Positions 39,017 through 53,300 of a stretch of DNA of 64,000 nucleotides are shown here, one piece after another. The stretch is from the human T2T-CHM13v2.0 reference genome, Homo sapiens: the NCBI RefSeq assembly GCF_009914755.1, contig NC_060937.1; one strand, 5' to 3'. Both the position numbers and the translations under genes were made by a program. The notes under the pieces were generated by a model that did no database searches, was not told the origin of the DNA, and saw only the letters and a program-made list of their open reading frames with translations. Each line of letters begins with the position of its first letter. Position 1 is the stretch's first letter.

Positions 39017-42000
39017 TTTAGTTTTTAATTTTTATGGGTACATACAAGTTGTATATATTTATGGGGTACATGAGATGTTTTAGTACAAGCATACATTTTG
39101 GGTCTGTTATACATGGCTTTTATGTTGAGGTATGTCCCTTCTCTACCCAGTTCTTCTTAAAGGTTTTTATCATGAAGCAATGTTGAATTCTATCAAATGG
39201 ATTTTCAGTATCAATTGAAATGATCATATGGTTTTTGTCCTTTATTTTGTTGATATGACGTATCACATTGATTGATTTGCATATGATGAGCCATCCTTGC
39301 AACCTAGGGATAAATCTCACTTGGTCATGATTAAGGCTTTTTCTAATGTATTGTTGAATCTTATTTGCTAGTATTTTGTTGGGGATTTTTGCATTAATTT
39401 TCATCAGAGATAGTGTCCTGTAGTTTTCTTTTTTAGATTTGTCTTTGGTTTTGGTACTAGGGTAATATTGGCTTCATAGAATGATTTTGGAAGTACTCCC
39501 TCCTCATCTATTATTCAGAATAGCTTGAGTAGGATTAGCATTAATTCTTCTTTAAATGTTTGGTAGAATTCAGCAATAAAGCCATTGGATGCTGGGCTTT
39601 TTCTTACTGGAAGATTTTTTATTATGACTTCAATCTCACTACTTATCATTGGCATGCTCCGGTTTTCCATTTCTTCATGGTTTGATATTGGTTGGTCATA
39701 TGTGTCTAGGAATTTGTCCATTTCTTCTAGATTTTCCAGTTTATTGTCATATAGTTGCTAACAGTAGCCACTAATGGCCTTTTGACTTTCTGTGGTATCA
39801 GTTTTAATGTCTCTTTTTTCATTTCTGATTTTATTTATTTAGTTCTTCTCTCTTTTTTTTTCTTAGTTTGGCTTAAGGGTTTGTCAATTTTGTTTAACTT
39901 CTCAAAAAAACAACTTTTTGTTTCATTGATCTCTTGTATTTTTTTCATTTCAATTTCATCTCTGATTTACACTATTTCCTTTTTTTCTCCTAATTTTGGC
40001 TTTGCTTTGCTCTTGCTTTTCTAGTTCTTTAAGAGGCATTGCTAGGTTGTTTCTTTGAAATTCCTCTTCTTTTTTGATGCAGGCAGTTATAGCTATAAAC
40101 TTTCCTCTTAGTACTGCTTCTGCTGTATTCCCATATGTTTTGGTATGTTGTGTTTCCATTATCATTTGTTTCAAATAAATTTTCGATTTCCTTCTTAATG
40201 TCTTCATTGACCTACTGGTCATTCCATAGCATATTGTTTAATTTCCATGTAATTATATATTATCCAAAATTCCTTTCATTATTGATTTCTAGTTTTATTC
40301 CATTGTGGTCAGAGAAGATAATTGATACTATCTCATTTTTTGAATGTTTTAAGACTTGTTTTCTGACCTAACATATGGTCTATCCTTGAGAATGATCCAT
40401 GTACTGAGAAGAAGAATTTGTATTCTGCAGCTGTTGGATGAAATATCTGTAAATACCTATTAAGTTCATTTTGTCTATAGTGCAGTTTAAATCTGATGTT
40501 TCTTTTTGATTATCCCTCTAGAAGATCTGTCCTTTGCTGAGAGTGGGGTGTTGATGTCTCCAACTATTATTGTATTGAGGTCTAACTCTCTCTTTAGCTC
40601 GAATAATATTTGCTTTATGTATCTAGTGTTGCATGCACGTATATTTAAAATCGTTGGATTCTCTTGCTAAATTGACCTCTTTATGATTACATAGTGACCT
40701 TCTTTGTCTCTTCTTACAGTTTTTGTTGTCTTGGATTCTATTTTGTGTAAATGGAGTTACTCCTGCTCTTTTTTGGTTTCCATAGGTAAGAAATATGTTT
40801 TTCTATCCCCTTATTTTCAGCCTATGTGTTTTTATAGGTGAGGTGATTTTCATGTAGACAGCATATTACTGGATCTTATTTTCTTTTAGTACATTCAGCC
40901 ACATTATGTCTTTTGATTGAGAGCTTAGTCCATTTACATTCAACGTTGTTATTGATAAGGAAGAACTTACTCCTGTCATTTTTTATTTGTATTTTTGTTG
41001 TTTTGTAGTCATCTTTTCTTTCTTTCTTTCCTTCCCGTCTTCCTTTTAGTGAAGGTGATTTTTTTCTGGTGATATGATTTAGTTTCTTGCTTTTTATTTT
41101 TTGTGTATCTGTTGTATGGTTTTTGGTTTGAGGTTACCATGAGGCTTACACACACTGTCTTATAACCCAGTATTTTAAGCTGATAACAACACTGTTTACA
41201 GAAACAAACAAACAGAGAAACAAAAAGGAACCTAAAATAACTCTACATCTTAACTTCATCCCCCCTGCTTTTTAATGTTTTGTTTTTACCTATATCTTAT
41301 TGTATTGCCTGTCTTGAAAAGTTGTTGTAGTGATTATTTTTACTGGCTCATTATTTTTACTGGCTTTCTTACACACCACATTCTATTCTTCTGTGTACTT
41401 ACTTACTATTACCAGTGAGTTTTGTATCATAATAATGAGTATTTCTTATTACTCATTAACATCATTTTCTTTCTGATTGAAGTAATCCCTTCAAGATTTC
41501 TTGTAGGACAGGTCTAGTGTTGATAAAATTCCTCAGTTTTCTTTTTTTTTTTGTCTGGGAAAGTCTTTATCTCTCCTTTATGTTTGAAGGATAATTTAAC
41601 TGGATATACTATTCTAAGATAAAAGATTTTTTCCTTCAGTCCTTAAAATACGTCATGCTACTATCTCCTGTCCTATAAGCTTTCCACTGAAAAGTCTGCT
41701 GCCTGACATAATGGAGCTCCAATGTGTTAGTTGTTTCTATTATCTTGCTGCTTTTAGAATCTTTCTTTATTCTTGATCTTTGAGAGTTTGATTATTAAAT
41801 ACCTTGAGGCAGTCTTATTTGGGTTAAATCTTCTTGGTGTTCTATTACCTTCTTGTACTTGGATGTTGTTATCTTTCTCTAGGTTTGGGGAGTTCTCTGT
41901 TATTATCTCTTTGAGTATAATTTCTAACTATCTCTTTATCTCCTCTTTAAGGCTAATAACTCTTAGATTTGCCCTTTTGAAGCTATTTTTTAGATTCTAT

Positions 42001-44436
42001 AGGCACACTTCATTTTTTTAATTCTTTTTTCTTTTGTCTCTTCGCAGTGTGTATTTTCAAATAGCCTTTGAGCTCACTAATTCTTTCTTCTGCTTGACCA
42101 GTCCTGCTACTAAAAGACTCTGATTCATTCTTTAGTATATCAATTGCATTTTTCAGCTCCAGAATTTCTGCTTGATTCTTTGTAGTTATTTCAATTTCTG
42201 TGTTAAACTTATCTCATAGAATTGTGAATTCCTTCCCTGTGTTATCTTGAATTTCTTCGAATTTTCTCAGTGCATCTATTTTGAATTCTCTGTCTGAAAG
42301 GTCACATATTTCTGTTTCTCCAGGATTGGTTCATGGTGCCTTATTAAGTTATTTTGGTACAGTCATATTTTCCTGGATGGTCTTAATATTTGTAGATGAT
42401 CATCTGGGTCTGGACATTTACTGGTCTTTGCATTCTGGGTTTGTTTGTATCCATCCTACATGGAAAGGTTTTCCAAATATTTCAAAGGATGTGGGTCTTG
42501 TGATATAAGCTCCATCTGATTTAGGGGGCACACCAAGCCCAGTAAAGTAATGCTGTGATCCTTGAAGACTTGTAGAGATACTGCCTTGATGGTTTTGGAC
42601 AAGATCTCCAAGAATTCTTGGGATTACAAGTCAAGAGACTTTTTTTTTTTCTACTCTTAGTTTCTCTCAAACAAGCAGTATTTCTGGGTCTGTTCTGAGC
42701 CACCTGGAGCTGGAGGAGGAGTGACACAAGCCCTTCTATGGCCAGGACCACAGGGATTGTGCTGGGTCAGACCTGAAGCCAGCATAGCACTGTGTCTCAC
42801 CCAAAGCCTGATGTAACCACTCCCTGGCTACCACCTGTGTTCACTCAAGGTCCTGGGGCTCTACAATCATTCATCAGCTGACAAAGCCAACCAGGCCTGT
42901 GTTCTTCTCTTTGGAGCCACAAGTTCCCCAGGCCTTGAGTGCTTCTAGAGGTGCTGTCTGGGAGTCAAGGACTAGAGTCAAAACCTTTGAAGTCTACCTG
43001 GTGTTCTAGTGTACTGCAGCTGAGCTTACAATCAAACCACAGGATACAGTTCTCCCCAGTCTTCCCTCCCCTTTCCAAAAGCAGAGGAGTCTCACTCCAT
43101 TGCCATCACCACCCCAGGCCACAAGGAGTACTGCCAGCCTACAAACAATGTTCCCTTAAGGCCCAAGGGCTCTTCAGTCATCTTGTGGTAAATACCACCT
43201 GGACTTTGACTCATCCTTCAGGGTAGTGAGATCCCCTCTGGCCCAGAGCAGATCCAGAAATGCCACCCAAAAGCCAAGTCCTGGAATTAGGGGCCCCAAA
43301 ATTCTGCTTGGTGCTCCACCACCACATCATGGGCAAACTGGTTACTAAGATGGAAGACAATGTCCCCTTTACATTTTCCTCCACTTTTCTCAAGGAGATG
43401 GAGTCTTGTCCCATAGCTACCACAGCTTGTTATGTGCTGAGTCCCTGTTGAAGCTCACAAGTCTTAGAGTCTTACTCTAGGGCCAGGATGTCCTGCCTGG
43501 GTATTGCTTCTGGCTATTCAGGGCCCAGGGGCTCTTCAGTTAGCAGGTGTTTTATCCTGCCAGGGCTGGATCTTTCTCTTCAAGGCAGTAAGTTCCCTTC
43601 TGGCTCAAGGTGTGTCTAGACATTTTTTCTGGGATCTAAGGCCAGGAAAGAGAACCTTACAATTCTGACCAGTGCCCTATCCTGCTGTGGCTGAGCTGGT
43701 ATCTAAGATGCAAGACCAAGTCCTCCCCACTCTTTCCTCTCCTCTCCTCAAGCAGAAAGAATGGGTCTCTTTCAGAGCTCTGATCTATGCAGCCTGGGGT
43801 TAAGGGAGGGGTGATGCCAGCACTCCCTTAGCCCATCTCAGTAGGTTGCATGATCCCCCACTGCACTGGCTCTGGGCCCAGTTCAAGCATTAGGTCTTGC
43901 ATAGGAGTTGCAATCTTCGTGGCCTAGACTGCCTTTCAAATTTATTTAAGACACCAGAGCACTTTAGCCCACGGCCGTTAGACTTCTGGAAACTGAAGTC
44001 CCAATCACTGAGATCTGCTATTTCCCTTTAGCTAGGGCTGGTTTAAACGTTTCCTCCATGGGTAGGCATCAGCTGCATTTGGGTTGATTTGCTTTCTGCT
44101 ATAACAGGGCAACACTGAGTTTAATGCCTCACAACTGCTGCACTCTCCCTTTCCCCAGCACACAGAATCATTCTCTGCACCATGCTACTGCCAGGGGTTG
44201 GGGGAAGGGTGGTGCCAATGATTCACAACTGTTTTTGTTGTTGTTGTTGTTTTCCTCTTCAGCGCCTCTTTCACTGATTTCAAGTTTAAACCCAGTACTG
44301 TGAGTGCTCACCTGACTTTTTTATTCTTATGAAGATTCTTATTTGAGTGTAGGTAGTTGTTAGACTGGTGTCCTTGCAGGTGAGGGGGAATTATCAGTGA
44401 AGTCTTCTGTTCCACCATCTTGCTCTGCTCCTCCTC
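39016..44436 (-). mobile_element. L1MA1-3/L1M1-2-type LINE-1 with intact 5' end and large internal 3' deletion
   Basis: L1MA 3' terminus at 39016-39095, fused to mid-ORF2. ORF2 remnants (39120-39404, 39515-39721, 39956-40222) and ORF2 ATG at ~40979. Long inter-ORF, ORF1 and 5'UTR ending CCACCATCTTGCTCTGCTCC (~44430). Confidence 0.88.
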
Positions 44437-45306
44437 TTAGTGTATTTTAAATGGTTTGATTTATCACATTTCTCAACTGAGACTTATAGAATATAAACTT
44501 CTGATAGTTAAATACTCAGTGATCTATTTCCTTAAGTTTCTAAGAGAGAGAGAAATGAAGCATTGTCCCTTGTCTTTCTTTTCATGTGCTGGAAAGTCTT
44601 TTAAAATTCAAATTACATTTGATTCAGAGAAGAGATATCGCAGCTTACTATGGTGATGATAAGTGTGTCCAACCCAACCCATATGCAGAGTTGTGTGGAT
44701 TGAAATAAAATTATTAAATTACAATTTAGTGAAATCGATCTGAGGCCCTTAAGAGGTTCCACAGAGCTCAACTTGCTTTCAGTTGTACAGGTAAAATGGC
44801 GGGATTTGGGTGGATGGTGAATTCGTTTTCCAAAAACTTTATTTCCAATAATAGCCTAAGGAAATGCATCTCATAGAAAGAAGTGTATATTATTATTTAA
44901 TGAGAAAGTCACCATTATTTAGAAATGCAGAAAGGAAGACTCCCTGGTAATATTCTATGGGCTGGAATTGGCAAGGAGAGGGTTGCTTCTTGGCCAAAGG
45001 AACACAGGAGTCCAGAATTTTTTAACTATCAAAACTTGAAACTATTACCACCTGTAAAACCTTGTGTCTGTGCCTTTTATCCCTGTTTCTTGATTTCCCC
45101 ATCTTATACATGAAAGCGTTGAAATAAATTATTCCAAATTCCTTTCTGCCTTTAAAATATACTGACAATTCTGATTATTGTTCTTACTACCTCCTTCTTA
45201 CTCTTTCTTTTCTTCTTTTCCTTGCCATGGTATTCCTAGAAGTCAAAAGTTGGAGAAAATGGGTATCCCAAGATAAAGTGGGAAAACCATGTATGAGAAA
45301 CAACGT

Positions 45307-45370
45307 CTATGAGCACTCTATGAGCATTGTATGAGTTTTACATACTATGAGCATTGTGTGAGTTTTACAA
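45307..45370. repeat. Short degenerate tandem repeat (CTATGAGCA...)
   Basis: CTATGAGCACT CTATGAGCATTGTATGAGTTTTACATA CTATGAGCATTGTGTGAGTTTTACA. Confidence 0.7.
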
Positions 45371-45439
45371 TGAGAGGCCAGGTAGCAGCTGCAGGGTTAC
45401 TGTTCACTACTTTACACACCCTCTGCTCTCATTGCAGTA

Positions 45440-45760
45440 TCTATCCTTGTTCTTGCCCAGCCACATCCTATCTCCCCTGTAGTTAGAATGTACTTCCCTG
45501 TCCACTATCAGATATGGTCACATAACCTGTTTTGGTCAGTAGAATGTGACACATGTCAGATCTATGCAAAGACTTTCATGTGGTTTGTTGGTTTAGACCA
45601 TCTGAGTTAATGCCCGGGATGGAGGCTGCTCCTCCAAGCTTGGTCAAAGAAAAAGAAGGTACATGGAACAGAACCACATTCTGAAGCAGAGCCGTGGTCC
45701 ATGAACAGCTTACACATAGGGCAATCTTATGTGAAACCCTTATGTGAAATCTTAATTGAA
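45440..45760 (+). mobile_element. Ancient MLT1 (I/J-like) LTR
   Basis: ATGTACTTCCCTGTCCACT...GGTCACATAACCTGTTTTGGTCAGTAGAATGTGA...GATGGAGGCTGCTCCTCCAAGCTTGG. Confidence 0.55.
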
Positions 45761-47799
45761 ATTCAATAAAATTGCAATGACCTACCATAAGCCTGCCTCT
45801 CTTCTAGGTATTTCCCATGCATAGAAAAGGATGAGGACACCCCAGAGCCTTTCTTCCAGGAGGAAAGGAAAATACATAAAAGTAGGATGTAAGTGGTGCT
45901 GACTCAGCTCCTTGCTACCTGGGGTTTCTCTCTGTGCACAGTCATGGAGGGCAGGACAGATGGGATGAAGGAAATCTACAGGACACCTACCTGTTTTACA
46001 CTCACTGAATATTCATCAACATATTCAACCCACGTGCTTACTTGAAACGTTTCCAAGTATGCATCCTCAGTGTACACATAAGCCATTTCCAGCAATGCAG
46101 GCCCATTCCGCCTTCCCTTGTTGTCAATTTTTATTCCTATGCAAACCTCTCCCAAAACCCTCCTGTTACTCTTACAAGGAGGATCTACCACTTACTTAGA
46201 CAACCAGTAACATCATCAACCAGTCACTTCTTCTTTTATATTATTGATCTCATTTGTGATGCTTCTGTATTTAAATATCATTATAATTATGACAAGGACC
46301 CCTTATCCACAAGGAGTGGGACAGATGCATTTTAGTTTCAGCTGTATGCTCTGATGTGTTTGGGCAAATCTAGCTGTGTATTTGGCTCACCTGCAGGCCT
46401 GGTGTTACACAAATGCAGATAATTTTTAGTCTCCAGTGTTCTTTACCTGGTTCCTCCCATCCTGATGACTGGTAAAAGTTTTTCTGAATCTCCTCATTTC
46501 ACATATTCCTATTTTATTCAAACAGGGAAATTGGTGAGAAGTGTAATTCTGCTCTACTTTTATTTTCCAAGCCAATAGATTATCCTTTTTAATCAATATT
46601 AGCCCCAAGCTCCGAACAACAATATATCTTTCAAAATATATTCTCTTTTACAGAGGAAAGCCCACAATTTAGGAATGAAATTGTTTTCTGGCTCTTATCT
46701 TAGGGAAGAGGAAGAGAAAAAAGGAACTATCTTTGACTTTATCCAATAAGGTAGGTCATCACCTAGCAAGGCCCTGAGAAAATGAAGCACGATATAGTCT
46801 AGGGGAAAAGATATGAAACAGTGTCAGGAGAACGATAAGTTTATGGTGGGGCAAAGAGTGATAACTGATGATTATCAGTGTCTCCTAGTAATGAGGTCAG
46901 AATGAACCTAGAATGAACAGGCATAGATATTAGATTTTTCACAGAACAATTTTTTTATTTAATTGAAGCCCATTGGAGAGAATTATTCACTTTTTACTGT
47001 GTCGGGATATAGAGACAGTTACAGAGATTTGGGGATATAGATGTAATAGTGCTTTTTTTTTTTTCCTTCTTTTGCTGCAGAGGAGTAAAAATTTTTCATA
47101 AAAAATGTGTAGACTAGTGTTTGGGAAATTCTTGGGCAGAATACTCTGAATGGCAGATAAAAAGGTAAGGATCCAAATGTAAATCACGAGACAAAGATCT
47201 AAATAAAACTTCCAGTTTGTTAATAAAGGAACTCAACGCATTCAGCAGAAATTATTTCTAAATTGGGTCCTGCTTATATAAATCCCTCTTGAAAGAAGCA
47301 CTCAACTCAGTCATTTCTAAGGCCTTTAGGTAGGTCTGTTGAATGAGTAAATTAAGCACAATCTAGTCAAACCAGAATATCCATAAAAATATTCCACTTT
47401 TACTAGATAAATGCAGACCATGTGCCTCAAATCAAAGCTGCACCCTTGTCAAACAATGGCAGACCAGAGTTGTTCTTAAATTAACAAAATATATTTGATT
47501 AATTGTAGGGTCATTCATTTGTCAGTAAGTCCACAATTCTTGATAGTGGTCCTTCTAACCAAATAATTTGGATGTGTGTGTCTACTATGTATAATGTCAG
47601 CCTTTGTTATTTGACAACATGTTCCGTTTCTAAATATCTTTTGTTTTCTTCAATAGATCTTAGAATTTTTCCAGGGGAAATTGATGCCTTAGTAAATAAA
47701 TAGGTAAAACAAGAATTATGACTGTTAGAATCCACATAATGAATGAGTCCAATGTACCATTACATAAGGGGAATCCTAAGCATGGCTATGTTAGTTATC

Positions 47800-48260
47800 C
47801 GTCCATTCATTAAACAGTCAACAAAATGTACTGTGAACCTGCTATGTGTGCAGTCACTGTCTTAGGTGCTGGGAATATTACAGTGAACAACATATATACA
47901 AAACCCCTGCCTTCATGTTACTTGTGTAAGCTATCATGTCCTCAAAGGATCAATATTTAGGGTATTCCTACTTTGCTTAGCAGTCCTAAGAGAGTGTATG
48001 TATATATACTACATCAATATTTTTGCCTTTTTTAAAGAATCACAGTGTGTCAAACACAGTGCTAACTGCTGGAGATAGAAGGAGGAACATATTATGCTCT
48101 GATTCTTAATGGGGCTCATAATCTATTAGGTTTAATAAAATAATCACACTCCAATGCAATGAGGACAACAATCAATTCCAGAGACAGCATAAGCAGAGAC
48201 GAAAGGAAGAGTATGTTAAAGGCAAGGGTCTGTGTCAGTGAGGGCATCTCAGAAACTGAC
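47800..48260 (-). mobile_element. L2 3'-end fragments
   Basis: CATTCATTAAACAGTCAACAAAATGTACTGTGAACCTGCTATGTGTG...CTTAGGTGCTGGGAATATTACAGTGAACAA; second degenerate copy at ~48040-48260. Confidence 0.6.
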
Positions 48261-48401
48261 TTTCTTAGATTTTAAGAATTGTTCTCTTTAAAAGTGTTTT
48301 AAATATGTAAAATATCTTCATGGTAAAGCCAAGGTAAATAAAGTCAATTCACAGAAATATAAATTTCATTTCTGTCCTGTCACCCACCCACATGTAGAAC
48401 T

Positions 48402-48857
48402 TGTGAAAGTTGTCAGAGTCAAAATGGAGCCACTTGTGTTAAAGACTGTGCCAAGTGGCATCGAGGATGGCCGTGAACGGAGGGTTCTTATGCACAAATG
48501 CCTGACGGCAACGACTATCACAAAAGACTCCGCAAAAACCACAACCTTGTGAAAGAAAGGCCCACCACAACCTTACTACACACAAAAAAACTTCTGCAAG
48601 GACATCTGCACAGCAACTTCCTGTCTAACCTTGGACCGGCACCACCCTTGTTATGGATCCTTATAGCTAACAATAATTATCACAAAACAATTTTATAATC
48701 TTCTTCATTTTTCCTTTAAAAATATTTGTCTTCCTTTACCTACCTGAGCTGAGCATGCATGTAGTTTGCTATGGTATGTATATTGCTGTTACAATGCCCA
48801 TTTTTGAATAAATATCCTTTTCTTTCAGAGAGCCTCTCTCTGTTTTCTAATGTGACA
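48402..48857 (+). mobile_element. MER65-type (ERV1) solo LTR
   Basis: TGTGAAAGTTGTCAGAGTCAAAATGGAG...ACTTCTGCAAGGACATCTGC...TGACA; perfect 4-bp TSD AACT (48398-48401 / 48858-48861). Confidence 0.88.
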
Positions 48858-49069
48858 AACTCAATTCTTAAGCTAAAGCTTAAGGAAGTATTTTACAGCT
48901 TCCTCAAACAGTCATCGGTTCTGTTAAATATTCTGACTTCCAGGTCCAGTGCAGACATGCTGAAGGGGTGTTAGATTCTACTATACCTAAGAATAAGACA
49001 CTTGTTGAAAATGCAATTTTTGGGACCTTATATTCAAACACCGCTTGTCCACAGATTTTGGTGAGTTGG

Positions 49070-49365
49070 TTTAGACAGAGAAGTAATGTAGCAGTGATGG
49101 GGCAGGTGGCTTAAAAGAGAGGCACTCCCTGGGCCCTCTGCAGAGGTTAGGAATTGAACAAGAAAACAGGCTTGGGAAGGCATTAAAGGGCATTTAAGCA
49201 GGAGAATAAGGTAGATTTGTATGTAAGCATTTTAGAAAGACAAATCTGGACTCTTTATGGAGCACAAATGAAATGATTCTTTAAGTTTGAAAGAAAGGGG
49301 ACCAGAAAAGGAGCAGGCTCTGTGATCCAGGGAAAAGAGGTGAAGTTCTGAGCCAGGGCAAAGAA
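49070..49365 (-). mobile_element. L2 fragment
   Basis: TTGGGAAGGCATTAAAGGGCATTTAAGCAGGAGAAT...GCATTTTAGAAAGA...GATCCAGGGAAAAGAGGTGA follows the antisense L2 pattern. Confidence 0.55.
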
Positions 49366-49902
49366 AAAGAAGTGTTTCCCAGCTCAGCATCCCCTCCTCT
49401 TATCAGACACAAAAGTTTTCTTCAACCTAAAATTGCCATTGACAAATCCAGCAATGACTTACAATTTTGACATTCAGGCTCCTCTTGCAAATCGTCTCTT
49501 CATGTGTTGTTCAAAAGCTTAACTTGTTATTTTAAATGGTATGTTCAATAGCTAGAAAATGAATTATTCAATCAATTAATGTAAAATGAACTTTTTCTTG
49601 GAAATAAGCAAATAGCACATAGTTTCCTTTCACCTGATATTTCTTCTACCTGGTATATAAATATGCTGTGATTGTAATTAGGTGCCTAGAGCATGTATTT
49701 AGTAATTATTATATACAAATATATACTCTAATAATTTCATTTTTTAAAATACGGTATTTGTATATTTCAAGCTCTTTGGGCATCAGCACACATCCAATTC
49801 TAAATTATACAGGCCAATTGATATATTATTTTTCACATCTATAAAATAAAGATTATATATGTATATGTAAGTTTAGCAGAATACCTAAATATGAGCAAGT
49901 AT

Positions 49903-50395
49903 TGACCAAGACAGCCTTAATGTTCCCCTCAGGTTAACTAATCTTTAGACAGGTTTCTTTCTGACTATTGGACCGTGACCTCCTTTATCTTAGAGCATTT
50001 ACTTAATAAAAAAAAACTTGCAGTTGTAAATTTTTTTCTTTGCTCCTTTGGGATGTAAATCTTCTACAACTGAAGGATGTCTTTTGCAAGGACCTGGGAG
50101 CCATCCTATGAAATGTAATCATCAAAAAAGGCAAGCATCCCTATCAACCAGTAGCTAGGGGTGGAGAGGAGCCTAAGTTCAAGAAGAGGCAACTAGCAAA
50201 CACGGATGGCTAATTGCATTGACCAATTTTCTCCCTAATATCTTCCAGCATTTTTCCCAGCAGTTCACCCCAGTGCTTAAAAACCCTACCATCTTTTGTT
50301 TCCATGTAGTTGAGTTAAATCTTTCTCCTGTTACAATGGTCTTGAATACATTTCCCTCGCCTCTTTAGCTCGTTCAGAGCAATTTTTCTTTTATA
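49903..50395 (+). mobile_element. MER67-like (ERV1) solo LTR
   Basis: TGACCAAG...TTTAGACAGG...CTTAGAGCATTTACTT...CAAGGACCTGGGAGCCATCC...GCAATTTTTCTTT matches the recalled MER67-family consensus; TSD unclear. Confidence 0.7.
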
Positions 50396-53300
50396 GTTCA
50401 TTCGTGAACATGTCACAAGATACCCTCATTGTATACATATACTCTAGCTATACATACACACACATCTTATATGAAAACACTTTTTTATTTCATCTATTTT
50501 AGAAAAGAAAATAAGTAGTGTTTAATAATATTGTTTATGTCATTCTAAATCACAATACATCTATCATTTATTCAACAAACATTTATAAGGAATAAAGTCA
50601 GAGGGAGCTCACTATACTATGCATAAATCAAAGGCAGCAATAGGGAACTTTGTTCTGTTTAAGAGAGCCTCATCCTTCACCCCACTATACCATCTGAGTT
50701 GGGAAAAGCAGAACTCTTGTATTATTGTCCTTTTGCTGGTCTTGCTCTGAATGGAGAGGTAAAAGAGAAAACCAATTCTTTTAACATTTTGTCTTCTCTT
50801 TAAATACAGACATCTGGAACTATTTCTTAATTACCCATCATTTTATTTCTATGACTCGAGGTTTGCAAATATCATCTTTAACAGTAAACCAACAATAACA
50901 ACAAACTCCATAAGAAGTTCTGATTTGCTTTTTTGGTAGTTGCCTTTATGGAATTGTTTTCCCTGTAAAAAGTATTAAGGATACGTGTTTTTCTTCTAAG
51001 CAATTTAGGACCTGTTCAAAACCAAGTACAAAATTGTGCACAGGCGCTGACATCCTCACCTTGAAGATGTTGACCCTAACGTAATCCAACCCCTGATAAA
51101 AGAGAGAATTTTTATTTTGCTTTCTAATTCTTCTTGAATTAAAAACAAGTCCAAGGTAGGTAGTTAAGCTGTAATCGCTTCTAATGACTGTGACATTTAA
51201 GAACAATGACCCTCTACAATGAAACTATTTGGTCATTCATAATTAGTTAACCTTTTGGAAGCTTAAAGCCTCAATTACTTCAAGGAGAGACAGAACTTCA
51301 GAATACAAACATGTCTGTGCCTTCAGTGATAAATGGAGCAGGATAATCTACCCAGTGACTTTCTGAAAGAAGAATATTTACTCAGGTGTGGAATGAATAT
51401 CAGAATATCATATCAATAAACAATGAAAATGAGAATTGTTCATTAATTAACAATATTGAGTCTGAGTTAATTACTTACTTTTATGAAAGAATTTAAAAAA
51501 TGAAAATCTCAAGGGAATTAACTTAAATGTATAAACAGATTGGTCTATCAAAAATGTCTCACAGATATTTACTTAAGGAAATAATTTTGTTTTCTGTATA
51601 TGTTCTTCAGTAAAAGAGGAATTTCTACTTCCAGATAAATGTCTAGTGAATTTGACTTGAATGTGCATTAGCATAAACAAATACATTTTTGTGTAATATA
51701 GATGACATTTAATTTGTTTGTATTTCATAGACAGGTGCCTAAATTTTAGTGCTGTATATAAGAAAATTCATATTTAAGCATTTCTTGAATGTGTGTATGT
51801 GTATTATTTTTCTTAGAAATATGACTCTAGAATGTGATAATTTAAATATTTCAATCATTGAACATCTTTACCTTTTAAAATTTTTTTATGGGCTATCCAT
51901 TACTTAAAAAGCATAAGATCATATTATTCTTAATATTCAGAGCAGATAGGCTTCAGAAAGGTGTATGAATGTCTAACATTATTACTAATATCTAAAACTT
52001 TCTGTACTGGTCACTGGTACAGTCTGTGTCTTCAATTGATGCCAAAGATTATTTGGTTTAATTTAATTTTGACATTTTATGCTATTAGTATATATCGTCT
52101 CTACACTATGTGGAGTGCTGTGCTTGACATAATACAGAAAAAAAGTCCTTAAGCTGCTCAAGATGTTTGTTTTTACTCTCAGCTGCTGCCTGCTAAGTGA
52201 TTATGGCTATCACTGATTTCATTAGAAAAAATATTGATCATAGTAAACAAATCATGGCATTTCCTCCTTTTTCCCAACATAGGATTGATATTTACAATAT
52301 TTATATGTGCATTTTCTTTTCAACTCTCATTATCATAACCCATTACCTTGCTAGATTTAGAAGACGTCTGTATTTATAGGTCTGCGCTAGATCAAGTTTT
52401 GCTTCTTTATGCCATCATAATGCTGTTTCTTGGCTGCTTTGTGAAAATCATTCATCAGATAGTGATTGTTTTATATAAGCAGAGCGGTATGTGTGGGATG
52501 AAAAGAGGTACCACCGGGAGTAGTCTCTGTATAATTGCTCAGAATATGCTACCTGAATTCCATTTGTCTTCCCGGGAGTTAGGTGATAAGAGAGATCCTT
52601 GTTTATGCATCACTCGCCTAGATCATATTGCAAGAACTAAGAATCATATTTGCAAGTACAATTTCAAAGTGCCTGGCAAGACTCACCATAGTTTTGGAAT
52701 GAAAAGGATGTTTCCAGGATGCATGGATAATATGTGTCATACACATTTTGATACAATTTTGTCGAGTGTTTTGTAATACCTTTGATGTAGAAAATTGCTC
52801 CTCCTCTCCTTTGCCTCCTTTCTGTCTGCCTCTGTCAGAGCCTTGCTGGATTCTTTGAGAAGCCCATATAAGTTGCAGCTGGCAGAAATAGCAAACTTCC
52901 TTGTGGGCCTTTGAGAGAAAAGTACTGCAAATAAAGGACGTAAGATAGTTCCCAGAATGCTGTCTAGGTGGAATCGACATTAGCATCTCAATGCCACAAT
53001 ATTTTCACTATTTTATTGAAATCATATTAACCTTTTGCAAATTATAATGTAAAAAATAGAACTGTGTAATAGACATGATGTTTTAGGTTTCATTTTCTAA
53101 ACAGAGTGGCCATCAAAATTAATAATGCCATGTGATGTAAAAGGCAAAAATACCCAGATAAATCTAGCATCATTATTGGACATCAAGCTATACATACGAT
53201 TTCCAGGAGAATTTAAAAATATAAAGTATGTGATTTAGAACCCTAGCAATGCAGGACAACATAAAAGAAAGCTATTTTAGTTGCATTGTCAGAGACAAGT

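Noticed and set aside
52348-52986. Overlapping 142-aa and 122-aa ORFs in unique DNA
   Set aside because: No recognisable protein family or codon pattern, non-ATG starts and no supporting splice structure.
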